A DNA stretch of 64,000 nucleotides, from NCBI GenBank assembly GCA_002633005.1, contig NMRA01000399.1, positions 153,570 through 217,569 on the forward strand, given 5' to 3'. Each line of letters opens with the position of its first letter. Position 1 is the first letter of the stretch. Below are positions 24,746 to 37,943 of the stretch, one piece after another. The position numbers were made by a program, and so were the translations under genes. The DNA is from Phoronis australis (lineage: Eukaryota > Animalia > Phoronida). The notes beneath the pieces are model-generated. The model was not told the DNA's origin. It saw nothing but the letters and a program-made list of their open reading frames with translations, and did no database searches.

Positions 24746-26876
24746 TTCCTAAACTTCAAAAACTTTTGTTGTAATGACATGTTCTCACTTTTTGACAACA
24801 TGGCATCTCTTCCTCTACTGTTTCATGCCCAAAGATGTATTTGCATGCTGAACTATGCTAATGTATAGCAGGAACTAAACGACCATGCAATTTAAACAAC
24901 ATCTACGCTAAACAAAGTGTAGTTGTCTTTATTGACAATAAGTAAATGTTAAAAGAAAAAATTCTGCAAATAGGTGACATTGGCATTAACACTCACATAG
25001 CCTGCATCATGCAGTGTTAGGCCCCAACACCTGGACACGGTTGAGTGATTTACGGGGATCATTTTCCACACAAAAAAACAATGCACTTCATATTCACATT
25101 GTTGCTATATGTTGTATTTCTAACTAATATGACCAAGTAGTCACAGAGATGAGGAATTAGCGTGCAAGTTACACGTTAGGGAATTAACTTAAGTTCCAGT
25201 ATCCAAGAATCCCAGCAAAAGGATTGAGTTAAACTATGGAATTATCCCCTCTTTACAAAAGTAATAAAACCCACTTTTTCATGGAAGCTCCCAGTACAAA
25301 TGCGTCCCCTTTTGGAGTCCACTCGCCAAATGGATGGGTATCCAGACTTCCCAGCTGCACTCCCCAACTTATAGAGGAGGAATTGAGCACGCATTATTCA
25401 CAATTCTTGACAGAAATCTGTAATCTGTGAAAAAAGTGTGCAATCCATGGTGAAAAACTACCACCATGTAAAACGTGGCAAGCGTGTAAAATGTGGAAAG
25501 CATGTAAAAATATGAAACCTGATGTGACAAATGTGTAAAAGACTGCTACGCTCACGTTGTAAAGCGAGTCAACATATGACACGCAAACATGGAAAACGTG
25601 TAACAACTTTCATGCTAACATGCTAAGTGTGTACGAGCAACTCGAATGACTGGGTAAAAGGCACCATAAAATGAAAAGACAAAATCAAGGTCATTGAACT
25701 TACTTAAGTTATTGTTGAAAATTGACAATTAAAATCATGGTGACATCCATTAAAGATAACAAAACGTAAAGTACTCACAAGAACAGTTAGATAATGTGAC
25801 ACATAATACCTTAACCAGACAGTTACACGCCAACAAATCCCACCTTAAGCATTTTTTTCTTAAATAATTCAATCCAGACAGTCATTACTTACAAGCATGA
25901 TAACAGCTTAGTTTTTACACCAATTTGTGCAGATGACTGATAAGGTTTTAGGTTTCATAGCAATGGTTTTTAACCACTTGATAACAGGAGTAAAACAATG
26001 TCAATTACTTAGATTCTCATATGACAAGGTTACTTAAGGCTGTTAAAAATCTTTGTTCAAAGGGAGTTACTGCCTTGAACTAATTATTTTCCAATTATGC
26101 CATCCTCAGAAAGCATTTGGTGAACACAGTGCTGGTAATTTTCAGTGCATCATATGACATATAACATACTCAGCACCTGAAAGCCATAAAAGTAAGCTGC
26201 ACTCAGCTTACCTGGAGAGGGCAAGGTTTCTGCCGAGATGAAACTTATGGAAAGCCATGGCGGAAAAAATCCAGGACACATATTTTCTATGCAAGATTTA
26301 AAAACAAGCCAAACAAGCCAATACATTATTTTTCATTCTGCAGCCTTAAAAACTCAAAACCCTACTTTTCACATTCAGCAATATTTTCAATATTTTCAAT
26401 ATTTTCACTCTGCAAGACCAAAAAACAAGATCAAAACTTGTTACCTGACGACCAAAAATTGATCACGTCAGCACCGAAAATTTAATACATCAAGCCCAAA
26501 ATTTATCATGCCTGAAAATTTTCACGCTAGAAGACGACGAGACAATCTACAAGCATTCATGAGACAAATCCTATGCTAACATTTGGAGTTTGTTACTTAC
26601 CACAATGTTACTTACCCCAATGTCTAAGCGAGCCTAAGTCATACTGTGACAAAAGCGTCATAATCGATTCACAAATTTATGTTCATTGCTCAGCCATGAT
26701 GCTGAAGGGAATCTATTCATTAATTAACCTGATAATGCATCTATTTTAAAAATTCAAAAGCAGCTTATATTTCCTTTTAAATTTCAAAAACAGTCTTGTT
26801 GGTCTTTTGACTTACTTACTATTCAGTTTTTGACTTTGAAACTCATATGCTAAATGGACATGTTGCTTAACAACCG

Positions 26877-27220
26877 CAATTATCTCACTGAGCATGTTAA
26901 GCCAAGTTCATGAATAGAGAGTAGCTCAGTCTCCAATTATCTCACTGAGCATGTTAAGCCAAGTTCATGAATAGAGAGTAGCTCAGTCTCCAATTATCTC
27001 ACTGAGCATGTTAAGCCAAGTTCATGAATAGAGAGTAGCTCAGTCTCCAAATATCTCGCTGAGCACGTTCAGCCAAGTTCATGAATAGCAAGTAGCTCAG
27101 TCTCCAATTATCTCACTGAGCATGTTAAGCCAAGTTCATGAATAGAGGGTAGCTCAGTCTCCAATTATCTCACTTGGAACCTTCAGCCAAGCCCTGGTGA
27201 ATAGCAAGAAACTCAGTCTT
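26877..27220. repeat. 57-bp tandem repeat, 6 copies, inside a dispersed repeat
   Basis: CAATTATCTCACTGAGCATGTTAAGCCAAGTTCATGAATAGAGAGTAGCTCAGTCTC starts at 26877, 26934, 26991 and so on. Confidence 0.95.
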
Positions 27221-29521
27221 CAATCTGTGACAGCACCATCAAGCCTTTGATGTGCCAGGACTTAATTGGATACTCTGGGGGCAAAAGGTGCACACTTTCT
27301 TGTCCACTTGCATGCAAATCTTGTTAGCATAAGATTTGCTTAATGTTGGCTGCTCAAAGTGATGAAGTTTGTACAAGGTACACCTAAGTCCACTAGAGAC
27401 TGATTCTGCTTGCTTGGAAGGGCACAGGACTTCTTGAAATGTCAGAAAACGAATTCAGATTGATGTTCAGAATTTGTGGAATTGAAGAAGACCCCAAAAT
27501 TCAAAAAGTGTAAACAAAGTTGGCACAGGCTCCACTTTTCCAAACATGAATTATCATGATATAAGCATTCAAAATCAAAATCAATTACTGTGCACATTGG
27601 CTTTGTGCCCATCTTTGTAAAGTGCAACGCGTTTGGTTACATGCATCAATTACATTACTGAAATGAGAATTGAACAACCTGTTTGTCATGAAGCTGTCGC
27701 GCTATTGTATGTCATAGACTAAACTGCAATCTTCAAGAAATTGTTCAGTTTTACTCAAAAAATCTGAAGATAAAAAAACGGATCAGTTTTCACCAAACAT
27801 TAGCACGTCACACAAATGATCTGGAATTATACTCAATGACAAGGTGTGGTTACTTCAGTTTTACTGGGAAAGTCTCAAATGAAAGCAACTTGAGACACCT
27901 GCAAACACTAAATCAAATAAACACATCCACATTAACTTTAAGTTTTCATACACATGAGGTTACATTGTCACATGACCTAGGAGAAATACAGACAACCACA
28001 AAACCACTACAGTGCTCCAGTAATACAGTGGAAGGAAACAGTGCATTGTGGGATAATGTACTTCATTCCCATCTTACACCCCCACAATGAGTGGAAATAA
28101 TTTACTCATTCTCAAGATAATTAAGAAAAACATTTCCGTTTCTATGACAATACACAGCAGGATAAAACTAGTGAGTCAACTTATCCTGATGATACTTACA
28201 AGAGCTGACACAGGCGCATTACATAATTATAGCAAGTCTTCACTTATTTCGCAAAAAAATAATTGCTGAAGTTGTTATTTGTCTATTTTACAGAGACTGG
28301 TTAGTTTAAAGCTAATAGGATACAAATTAATTTCATTTCTAGACATCTTCATGGCACACACCAAGCAAAAATAAACATAATTTTTCACGACCTTTACTTC
28401 TGTTGAATAGGGTTACAGAATAACTTTCTCTTGTCAGCCACATTTCTCGCTAAATAGCTGAAAATTTAAGATTCCTTTCTCACTTAACGCCAACATGGTT
28501 GTGGTTGGAGCAACAGTCATAAGTGGGAACATGGGGTAAAACTGCACCATCGTCCTGTTTACCTGTCTCTTTAAACACATTTTACCTGTCTCTTTAAACA
28601 CATTTCACCTGTCTCTTTAAATACATTTCGGGTTCTTAACCAAAGAGCCAAAATCAACAGCTAACCAGCCAATTTTTGTACTCATGGTAAATAGTCACTG
28701 CTCATCAGGACTGAGTTGTATGAAGCTCCTAAAGTTATCTGCTGGATAAGTTTGATTGGTGCACGACGTCAGGAGCATTGTTCAATAATAACAACGGGAC
28801 GCCTGATAATGCAATGTCATTGTTGCTATACAGGTAGAACTTTTATGCAACTGGGCCCAGGTGACTTTCCTGTTTTTAAGTGCAATTCCATGTGCGCCAT
28901 TTTAGAACTTTAGGGTTGTCAAAAAGTAGTGCTGAAGTACCAATGCATTTCCTGAACTGTTGTCAGGTTTGTATGTCTTTCTATGAATGGTAAAATCACC
29001 AATTTAGGATGCAATATGAAGGACAACTGAATTTTTTTCTGTTTTCATAAATGATTAAGTACCATGACATCAATGTTTTGTTATTTATATTTTGAACAAT
29101 TGTGAACACTTTGAACAATTGTGAACATTCACAACAATGTTAGAAACTTTGAAAAATGGTCAATTTTGGAAATTACATTTGTCTGATATTGATGAGATTT
29201 TATCATTACAAAAATATAAGGAATTTTTAGACCAATTCGGTAAAGCTTAATTCGTTCTCTAGCCTGCAAAACTGGGCTCATTATAGCTTTAAATCTAAAA
29301 AGCCAAGCACACGGCCGTTAAGACATTTGCTAGGATTTTGTCGGAAATTCACAATTCTGCTAGACAAGTATCACATATCATTTATCATCTAAAACATTAC
29401 CTTATTTGTCAAATCAAAAAAGCAGTACACCTACACTGAACACATGCAAAATGGAATTCTCGCCAAAATCTACTGTGTCTGAAAACAACTTGGCGGGGAT
29501 GTAACTAATTGTGAAGACTAA

Positions 29522-29667
29522 AACTCACTGTATTAAAACGCCAAAAGGGTTCTCCCAAAACAGGAACCCTAACTCACTGTATTAAAATGCCAAAAGGATT
29601 CTCCCAAAACAGGAACCCTAACTCACAGTATTAAAACGCCAAAAGGGTTCTCCCAAAACAGGAACCA
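29522..29667. repeat. 49-bp tandem repeat, 3 copies
   Basis: AACTCACTGTATTAAAACGCCAAAAGGGTTCTCCCAAAACAGGAACCCT starts at 29522, 29571 and 29620. Confidence 0.93.
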
Positions 29668-30984
29668 AAACAACAGTTTTCAAGATGGTGATGTCTGGAG
29701 CTTCAAGTGAAGGTTTCTCCTGGAATACCACATTATCCAAAAAATTATCAGTTATGTAGAACTATAAAAAATAAGCAATAAAGAATAATTGAGAAATTTT
29801 AAATGGATCAATGTTAACCACCACTAGAAACTAATTAAATGCATCAATGCAATAAACTATTATCGAGAACTAATTTAATTAAATGCATCTCTTCCTATTC
29901 CAGCAAAAACCTATTTTTAACATTATTGATTTTCTGTCAACTTAAAAAAATTATAACTTGAACAAATGACATCTAATTTTAGATGATGTCTATGGTTTTA
30001 TTTGTTCTCTGATGGACGCTTTTCACATTTTACCAGGCTCATCATGTTAGTTGTTGACAGCTGCCGCCCCCTTGTGGTGAAATTACAACAGATCAAAATG
30101 TCTGAGAAATGCATCCAGTGGGAATTAAAAGATGTATGAAATGAAAATCAATTGAAATTGATGCCTGATCAATTCAAACATAGCAGTGGAAAAATGGAAA
30201 TAATGAAATTTCCAGGCCAACATTTGTAGGACTGGACAATGAGATGCACAGATTTAGATGGCAATTGAACAAGACAATTTCAATATGCCTTCATTATGCA
30301 AAATATGTGTATTTATCTCACGTCAGGCTAGAAAGACAATCAAGCTTCTCCACACATTGCTGGTGAATTTCAAGAGCATGGTTCATTACATGTGGAAAAC
30401 TATGCACTATTCTGAGGCTGTGTTCAGTTTATCTGGTCAGACTAAGAGGTTGGTTTTTGCCAAACTGAGTACTTACTGATAGCCACAGTTTTAGGGGGGA
30501 TTAGTCAGCAGAATACACACTGATTCAGTTACAGGACCTTGATACACAATTCTGTGTACTTAGACAAATACCTACAAAACTATAGATTTAAGTCTGGTAA
30601 AAGTATATTTTCTGAAAATAGAAATAAAATTTTTACCAATCAGGTCATACGACTACGTGTTTTCAGTAAAATTTAGCAAGAAATACATCCATAGCAAAAG
30701 CAATGGCATCCACAACACGGTATGAACAACATGGTCAAATATCGTTTGATATTCAAGGTCAAATTCCCTTTTTGTTTTGTTTGAGGCACAAGTGGCATAT
30801 TTCAAAAGCAATTTCTAACATTATTTTAGAGAACAATTCATTAAGCAAGTTCCCATGCCGGAGATATGATGTTCAAAATTTGCTGACCTTGGACATTTTT
30901 TGAGGGCACTGCATAACCTCAAGTCTTTGTGCACAATAAATGTTTGTCTATCCATCTGTACTGCGCTTTTGATTTTTTTACTGT

Positions 30985-31438
30985 AGCCAGGTCTACACTA
31001 CAGTAACTGAGCCAGTGAAGCACACAGCCAGTAAGTTAACGTCAGACTTAGTAGGACAAGTTACATGTACCCCTATCTTGATAAGGTATGCTAAGTTGTC
31101 ACAACTGTGTCAAGTTGACCCAGCATAAATAGTGTTCACATGCAGTATTACTAAATAGTGTTTACATGCAGTATTACTAAATAGTGTTCACATGCAATAT
31201 TACTAAATAGTGTTCACATGCTGTATTACTAAATAGTGTTCACATGCTGTATTACTAAATAGTGTTCCTATGCAGTAATACTAAATAGTGTTCACATGCA
31301 GTATTACTAAATAGTGTTCACATGCAGTATTACTAAATAGTGTTCACATGCAGTATTACTAAATAGTGTTCACATGCAGTATTACTAAACCTAGTGACAA
31401 CTCATTGCAGGAATAACTTGTTAACATGTAGCCTGGAT
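30985..31438. mobile_element. Harbinger-like MITE related to 22866-23294, containing a 26-bp tandem expansion
   Basis: Ends GCCAGGTCTACA / TGTAGCCTGGA. Internal CTTGATAAGGT...TAAGTTGTCACAA is shared with ~23135-23185. Confidence 0.5.
31127..31389. repeat. 26-bp minisatellite, 10 copies
   Basis: Unit AAATAGTGTTCACATGCAGTATTACT. Confidence 0.96.
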
Positions 31439-31504
31439 AGCGCTCAACAAATTGTTACGCTGTCCTTGCTACTTGTTTATTGGCAGAAAAATCAAACACC
31501 TGAA

Positions 31505-31843
31505 GGCCCTTTCGCATACTAAGGTCGACGCCTCGATGTTTTGGGGAGTTGGGTAGTGTCGTTGCTAATCATAGTTGCTATACCTTGCTCAAATAATCAT
31601 TAATTGAATTAGAAATAAGTTTTATGTCAATTGTCACAATCCCACGTAAGTTTTCCTATGAAATTGTCACATTAAAAAAATCTCAGTGTGCACGCGATGC
31701 ATCAGTGTTACCTTACGATTACTTCGATGACAACAGCGCCACCTACTGTTTACTATACCGAAGCAGATATGAATGGTTTAGTTAACTTCGCAGTTTACGT
31801 CGACGCTCAGCTCAGACCGGAGGTAAGTCAGTATGAAAGGGCC
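31505..31843. mobile_element. Harbinger-like MITE (339 bp)
   Basis: Terminal inverted repeat GGCCCTTTC(GC)ATACT / AGTATGAAAGGGCC. The 3-bp flanks GAA/TAA fit a mutated TAA target-site duplication. Confidence 0.6.
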
Positions 31844-34162
31844 TAAAGATACTTTGGCCAAGCTTAAAATCACCATCTCAATCCTATACAACGACCCTTG
31901 AGAAGCCTATAAAACAATCCATGTTTACAATCACATAGTCCCTAGAATACTATTACTCCCCACATTAAAAAACTCTGACATACAGTAGAGTGTACCTCAA
32001 AAAGGATCAGACAAAATCCCTTTTCCACCATGACTGTCACTCCAACTTCTCAGACAGAGAATTTCTCTTTATGCTCAGTTGTGGTGAAGGAGAGTTATGT
32101 GTACAGTCCATACATTCTGTACATATGGCTTTAATTAGGTAAGAGTTGGTCACATAACCTCAACTGGTCTAGTGTGGAGTGAAACACCTAAATGGCATGC
32201 TCAGCCTGAACCAGAGAGTCATACTATCAGTTCACAACCTCACCAGTCACAGTGCAGCAAGAAGCATTACCTGGACAGGTAAACCTTCTGTTAGTGATGT
32301 CCTTCCATGTATCTTGAATAGGATTTAACCTACAGTTGATTGTAGGAAACACAACTGACTAGAGCTTACATACTAAATATTTATCTAAACATACACACAG
32401 ACACACTCAAGTTAGCTACTAGCAAACATGTGCATAAATAAATTTGCAGCCCAGTCAATAACTGCACATTTGTAAATCTCATTAAACAAATTAAGTATTT
32501 GAACAGTTCTAGTTATAATACACAATGCTGCCAGGGAGCTAAAGGTTTGACACAAGTGAGGTTGGGGGCAATTTTCAATCAAACAAACCTTCAATAAATT
32601 AATTCTGGAACAGAGTGAAATTTTGATGGCTGGTATTTTTCAACAAAAACAAATGTGAACTAGGGAACACCAAGTTTATAACCAAGCAGTAAAAGTTTGC
32701 TACCCAGAACAGAGTTTTCTACCACACACAGTGAAAGTCTAAGCATTTTAGCAATGCTGTGTGGTTTTGAAAAAACGGCAAACCATAACAAATAGTTTTG
32801 TTCAAATTTGAAGAGAGGTAACTGAACCCTATTGTGTGCCATTTGCCAAATTCTTTAATAGGAATGAATTAACACAATAACCTTTCAAACTGTCTAGACC
32901 ACTTGATAGTAATATAATTAGTAATGACTTACAATTCATTACAGATTTTCTAGAGTTCATCAACTCTTGAGACAGACTTCTGAAGTAACCATTCTATAAA
33001 TAACCATGTGTGCTCATTTTGAAAAAGCCAAATACCACACACATCCTAGATAACACCCCGGTGGGGGGGTCAAATTAGGGTAGTAGTAAAATCAAGGGGT
33101 GGGCATAAAACCGTGGATTGGGACTTCAAACAGAGGTTTTTGGGTCCCTGAGCTGGGCATTCACCCTTTATCCACAAAAGTTGGACCTGCATGCAAGACT
33201 TAAATAAAACATACCAAGGTTTTATAAAGGAAAAGACCCCATGGGGTTCATGAATAGACATGTGGCTAAGTTGTGAATTTTTTCACAATTTGTGGACCCC
33301 CTTGGTAGGAGATAACATTAATATTCCTGCCTGAATTAAGCCAACGTACTGCTGAGACTCCAAGGTTTCTTTTCCACAGGTAAGCGAGTAATTTTTTATG
33401 CTAAAATTGACGAAAGACGGGCATTCATAAAGACATTGGTGCATTCAAGGCAGTCTCCGTTGTAAATATAGGGGTATTAAGCTGAGCTTGATGGGCCATC
33501 AACACAGATGAGCTTTAAGGACTAATAATCGATTTATGTTCAGCATTAAACTATTTTTTAATCAAAGTTTCCTACGTTTTTATCAAAGAGATTCACACGT
33601 TTTTGTAATCATTAATGTATTGAACAATTATTTTAATATTTTAAAAATCTTTGCAGCTTTTGACTTGGATGATTTTTTTGAAAAGTGATCTAGAACCTAT
33701 TAATCATTTTCATTTTTGGGACTATAAGTTATCATGATATATTTGAAACAGTTGTTTTATGCAAACTAAAGAAACGTTTGGCTTCATTTTCATTTTATAG
33801 CAACTAAACTCACTCCGTCACACTGTACTGCATTTTGTTTTAGAGCTAACAATTCTCTTGAATTAACTTTTTACAAGGAATCTATTTTCAGAAGACAAGC
33901 ATTTCCAATATTCACCACTTCTGGTCCATGATATATCAATTTTTGCCAGTGTTTCACTGCAGTGCAGGCCTAGATAATGTAGTAAATGCTGTACTGCACA
34001 CAACAGGATTCCAGTTACAGGCTGACATTGAAGGATGGAGGAATATCTAATGCCTACCTGGAGTCCTGGTGCCTGAACAAGACTGTAGGAACACCTAACA
34101 AAAGATCAAATTGATATCTAGTTTTCACCTCCATTTAGAAACTGTAGTCCCCTGGAGTTGAA

Positions 34163-34198
34163 ATGAGATGAGATGAGATGAGATGAGATGAGATGAGA
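34163..34198. repeat. (ATGAG)n microsatellite
   Basis: About 7 perfect pentamer copies. Confidence 0.95.
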
Positions 34199-35157
34199 GG
34201 GTCTTGTAATCAATAATAGTTCAGCATGACAGGTGCAACAAGCCGCTGTGCATTATTCAAACAAAACAATGCAATGCCATCAGGCAGCTTTCATAAATAG
34301 CAAGAGTTGGGGCTTCAAACTGGACATGAACACCAACTATGAGATGACAATCGATTAAATGCTCAGGCTTACCTTAATGAAATGGAATATATTAAGACAC
34401 AATCATCCCAGATTAAGAACAGTATAAACACACAGATTTTGCTTACAGCTTCTCTCAGACTGTTCCATTAGCCTTAATGACATTCCCAAATCCATGGGAA
34501 ACTTGTTATAGACAACTAAACCACTTCACTATACCAGGCAGTAGATTGTCAAAACTGAGTCAACAATTTCATTGTTTCAGGGTCTGTAAGAATGTTTCTC
34601 TAATTAAGTCCAGATGCAGTACAATCAATTTCAGCTCCTTATTGTTTCTCTGTGCTCACCAGGGGGCAGCCTAGCTGATGACAAATACTCCAACACTTAA
34701 TCCACTACTGGAACAATGATGACAAGAGAAATGAACAAACAGCTTGTGCAGCAACAATTATTATCTGCGCAGAGAAAGAAAACAGTGTAAATAAAAAGGC
34801 CAGCACAATAATCGACACCTTACATGTTGGAAGGCTACTCCACATCTATTCCATGTATTCGACACTTTAATTACAAAACTCGGCAGAAATCAATGGGAAA
34901 TCTATGTAAAAACACTCGAGAACTGGGCAAGGACTACAACATAGAGTTGAGTGTCATACTCGACACTACTAACACGTCATGAACAAATGAAAGAGTAGCG
35001 CAGTCTACAAAGAAGATTTCTCTTTTAATCAAAGAACTGGAGAAAAACAAGAATGCATGCCGTGCACGGACATCGTGACATCCTGCTTCCAAAGCAAATA
35101 AAGCTACAATGAATCAGTCTTCTACCAGGAAATATTGATATTTAGTCTACCTAGGGT

Positions 35158-35255
35158 CATAACACTGGACCCATAACACTGGACCCATAACACTGGACCC
35201 ATAACACTGGACCCATAACACTGGACCCATAACACTGGACCCATAACACTGGACC
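35158..35255. repeat. 14-bp tandem repeat, 7 copies
   Basis: Unit CATAACACTGGACC. Confidence 0.95.
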
Positions 35256-35580
35256 CGGCTTGTGGCTTATTCAGATAATGCCAAAAAGACAAAAGTTGGT
35301 TCTGATCTATGCCAGGCCCTACTCAGTTTCAGACCTGCCTTCATCGACACAAAATGTCCTTCTACATCAATTTCAGCAAAGGTCACATGTTTTTTGTTGT
35401 TGAAAACTTGCACAGGCATACAAAAGGTTATGGTAGACTTGAAACACCATCTTTGCCAAACCACGACTAAAAAACAAATCCATCATTTTTCCTAGTCTCA
35501 AGCCAATTTTATTTGTATGAAAAAGTGAGCAATTAAAAACGCTGCATCACTTTCTAATTTTCAAAAAAAACACAGACCAT

Positions 35581-35976
35581 GGCCCGGTCTCTTTGTACTT
35601 GAAACGAACTCGAAACTATTTTTGGCAATTTCTCTGCTCCTTTTGTGCGAACTTAAGATAATTGGTTATCAGACTGTGCTCGAATACATTATAGTTTATG
35701 CATAGGAGTTTCTAGTTCAGGTTTGCCCTTGAAGACCCTTATCTCCGTGCTACAAACTCGAGTAAAAACTCGAAATTTCGAGTTCAAACTCGAACTTATT
35801 GCTTTAATATTGGGTTTACAAACTGTGAACTAAGGGCAATAAATTATCTACGTAAGTTATTGTGTACTTGAGCATAGAATAATAGAAACTTATCTTGAGT
35901 TCGCCCAAAAGTAGAGTAGAAAATGCCAAACCTAATTTCGAGTTCCATTTCGAGTAAAAAGATTAGAGACCGGGCC
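35581..35976. mobile_element. Harbinger-like foldback MITE (396 bp) with ~90-bp imperfect terminal inverted repeats
   Basis: Termini GGCCCGGTCTCT / AGAGACCGGGCC. The inverted repeat continues through AACTCGAAA, TTTGGCA and GCGAACTTAAGATAA. Flanks CAT/CAG resemble a CWG target-site duplication. Confidence 0.8.
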
Positions 35977-36139
35977 CAGAACCAACAATGGCTTTTTGGT
36001 CTTAGAAGGTATACTGGAAATTGAGTGGCTGTGTATATGGCTGAAGGCTTATGATGATAACACAACTCACAGAGTGGAAGGGTCAGCTGGAAGGGTCAGT
36101 GTTTAGCTTAATGAGCAAATGGTGCCACCTCTTGTCAAG

Positions 36140-36720
36140 TGTACAAATTTGAATGAAGACATTCATTCATAGGGCATACAAACTCATAAACAACAATACA
36201 CAGGGAATGGGGCAGTGTTCGCTATAGAAATGTTATTTGTCATTACCAAGTTGGAGGACTTCCTATTCCGATGATAAATGATAACATCGAGATAATCATC
36301 GGACTTACAAACTTTATCCCTAATGAATTTCTTAATGGTGTGTTTGTCCTGGAGGTAATTATTGGACATAACATTTTTGTTAAATACCTTTTTGGACTTC
36401 ACAGTTAATTTTGCCATGAATTGATTAATATGGAGGTCTACAAAGGCATTGGTGTTACCCCCCTTAATTTGTCATTCTTTGCACTATTTCACACCCGCCT
36501 GTCCAACTGTGTATGTCTCCAGCTAATATGCTCTGTGGTGGCATTACTGTGTCATTCTATATCCACTTGAAAGAAACAAGTATGTTTCGAAATATCGAGT
36601 GTCGTTTAATCATGTCTCTTGGACAGTTGCTTCACCAATGTTCTCTTGAGTGTAGAACTTAGTTGCGAGGATAACAACTGAATGGAATAAAGACTGTTAA
36701 TAACAACAAGTGTTGTGTAT
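36140..36720 (-). mobile_element. Penelope-like retroelement fragment (RT thumb, linker and start of GIY-YIG region), decayed
   Basis: Minus strand reads GNTNAFVDLHINQFMAK...KVFNKNVMSNNYLQDKHTIKKFIRDKV...LDVIIYHRNRKSSNLVMTNN and, after a frameshift, VVYEFVCPMNECLHSNL. This matches the Penelope-type IYY(R/K)NxKxxNLxMxNN...VVYxFxCPxxxC motif that precedes the GIY-YIG endonuclease. Confidence 0.75.
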
Positions 36721-36770
36721 TTAATCAATTTTGCATAACCTGAGTATTAGCAACATACTGGGGCTTGTTG

Positions 36771-36825
36771 CATGACAGTGACATGACAGTGACATGACAG
36801 TGACATGACAGTGACATGACAGTGA
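36771..36825. repeat. 11-bp tandem repeat, 5 copies
   Basis: Unit CATGACAGTGA. Confidence 0.93.
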
Positions 36826-37943
36826 CTTGACAGACATTTGCTCTTACGCTCCCACGAGCTGAAACAAGATTTAGCCAAGTACTTATGAATGCATGGCAAC
36901 GTAGAAATAATTTGTGGAAATAATCGGATTGTTCTAAAACCCCCTCGACCCTCACACCCCTCAACCTACGACCCCCAACCCCCTTGACCCATGATCCTCT
37001 CGACCTGTGGCAATATAGGTATCTTTGCACTTTTTAAATATTTCATAATGTTCTTACCTCGCTGAGTGACATTCCTTAAGACTTAACTGCCATCACCTGG
37101 TGCAACATAGAGGTTGACGATCATTGGCCTCGCAGATTTTTGCAAAAAATGAACTCAAAAGAACAACATTCCCGTAGGAAAATCAAAGATTTTTATGAAA
37201 AAACTGAGAAAAACTGTTGAAGTGTTGTCTGGGATAAAATCAGTGTAATTCTTAGTTGATCTTTGGGCATTTCATCATGATTCAATTGTTGCCAGTTCAA
37301 TGTCTCTTGTAATTATTCTGTGTCAGGTATGGGACTGTTATTTAAGATGTTTAATGTATTTTACACCTTTTGAACAATAAGCTTGCATGGGCAGTGCACC
37401 ATATTGCTGCACCGTCCATGTCTTAATGTAATAAATTCCAGTTTTGAATTATTTGAATGAGACATTGTTACAATGGACAAACACATTAGTCTAGCCTCTG
37501 GCTCCGCACAGCTGGTCTCGTGCAGACAGGGTGCGTGGCAGCTCACGTGCCAACTTTCCCAACCAGCTGTAGTCGCACTCTGATCCGTCAAACTGAAAAA
37601 TAATTCACGATTCCTGTCCGTCATCAGCATTCCTGTCCTGCTATGGGATGAAAGGAGCATCATCCTGCTTTTGGTGCTCGAAGGTCTAGTCCGTCTGCAG
37701 TTTCTCTCAGAAAAGGTGCAGTGTTCTTGTTTCCATTATAAAGGCTTACGCCTTATTTATAGTGGCTTAGAAATGTGTGGTTGTCTGCTGCTAGCTGTGC
37801 CGGTTTGTACAACTGTACAGTGTTCTTAATACCAGACAAACCCAGCGAAGCTGAAGGTGAGAAGGTAACCTGACGAAGGCGAACCCGGCTTTGGGAATTT
37901 TAAGTGGTGGGACGAGGGGGTTGTGGGTCGAGGGGGTCGAGGG

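Noticed and set aside
33140-33175. GGGCATTCACCCTTTA as the missing right end of the Kolobok element starting at 508
   Set aside because: Only a partial match, no TTAA, and 32 kb away; more likely an unrelated family end.
37865-37900. Hammerhead ribozyme core (CTGACGA...) near the Penelope relic
   Set aside because: No properly positioned GAAA after a closed stem II, and no cleavage triplet or stem III could be built.
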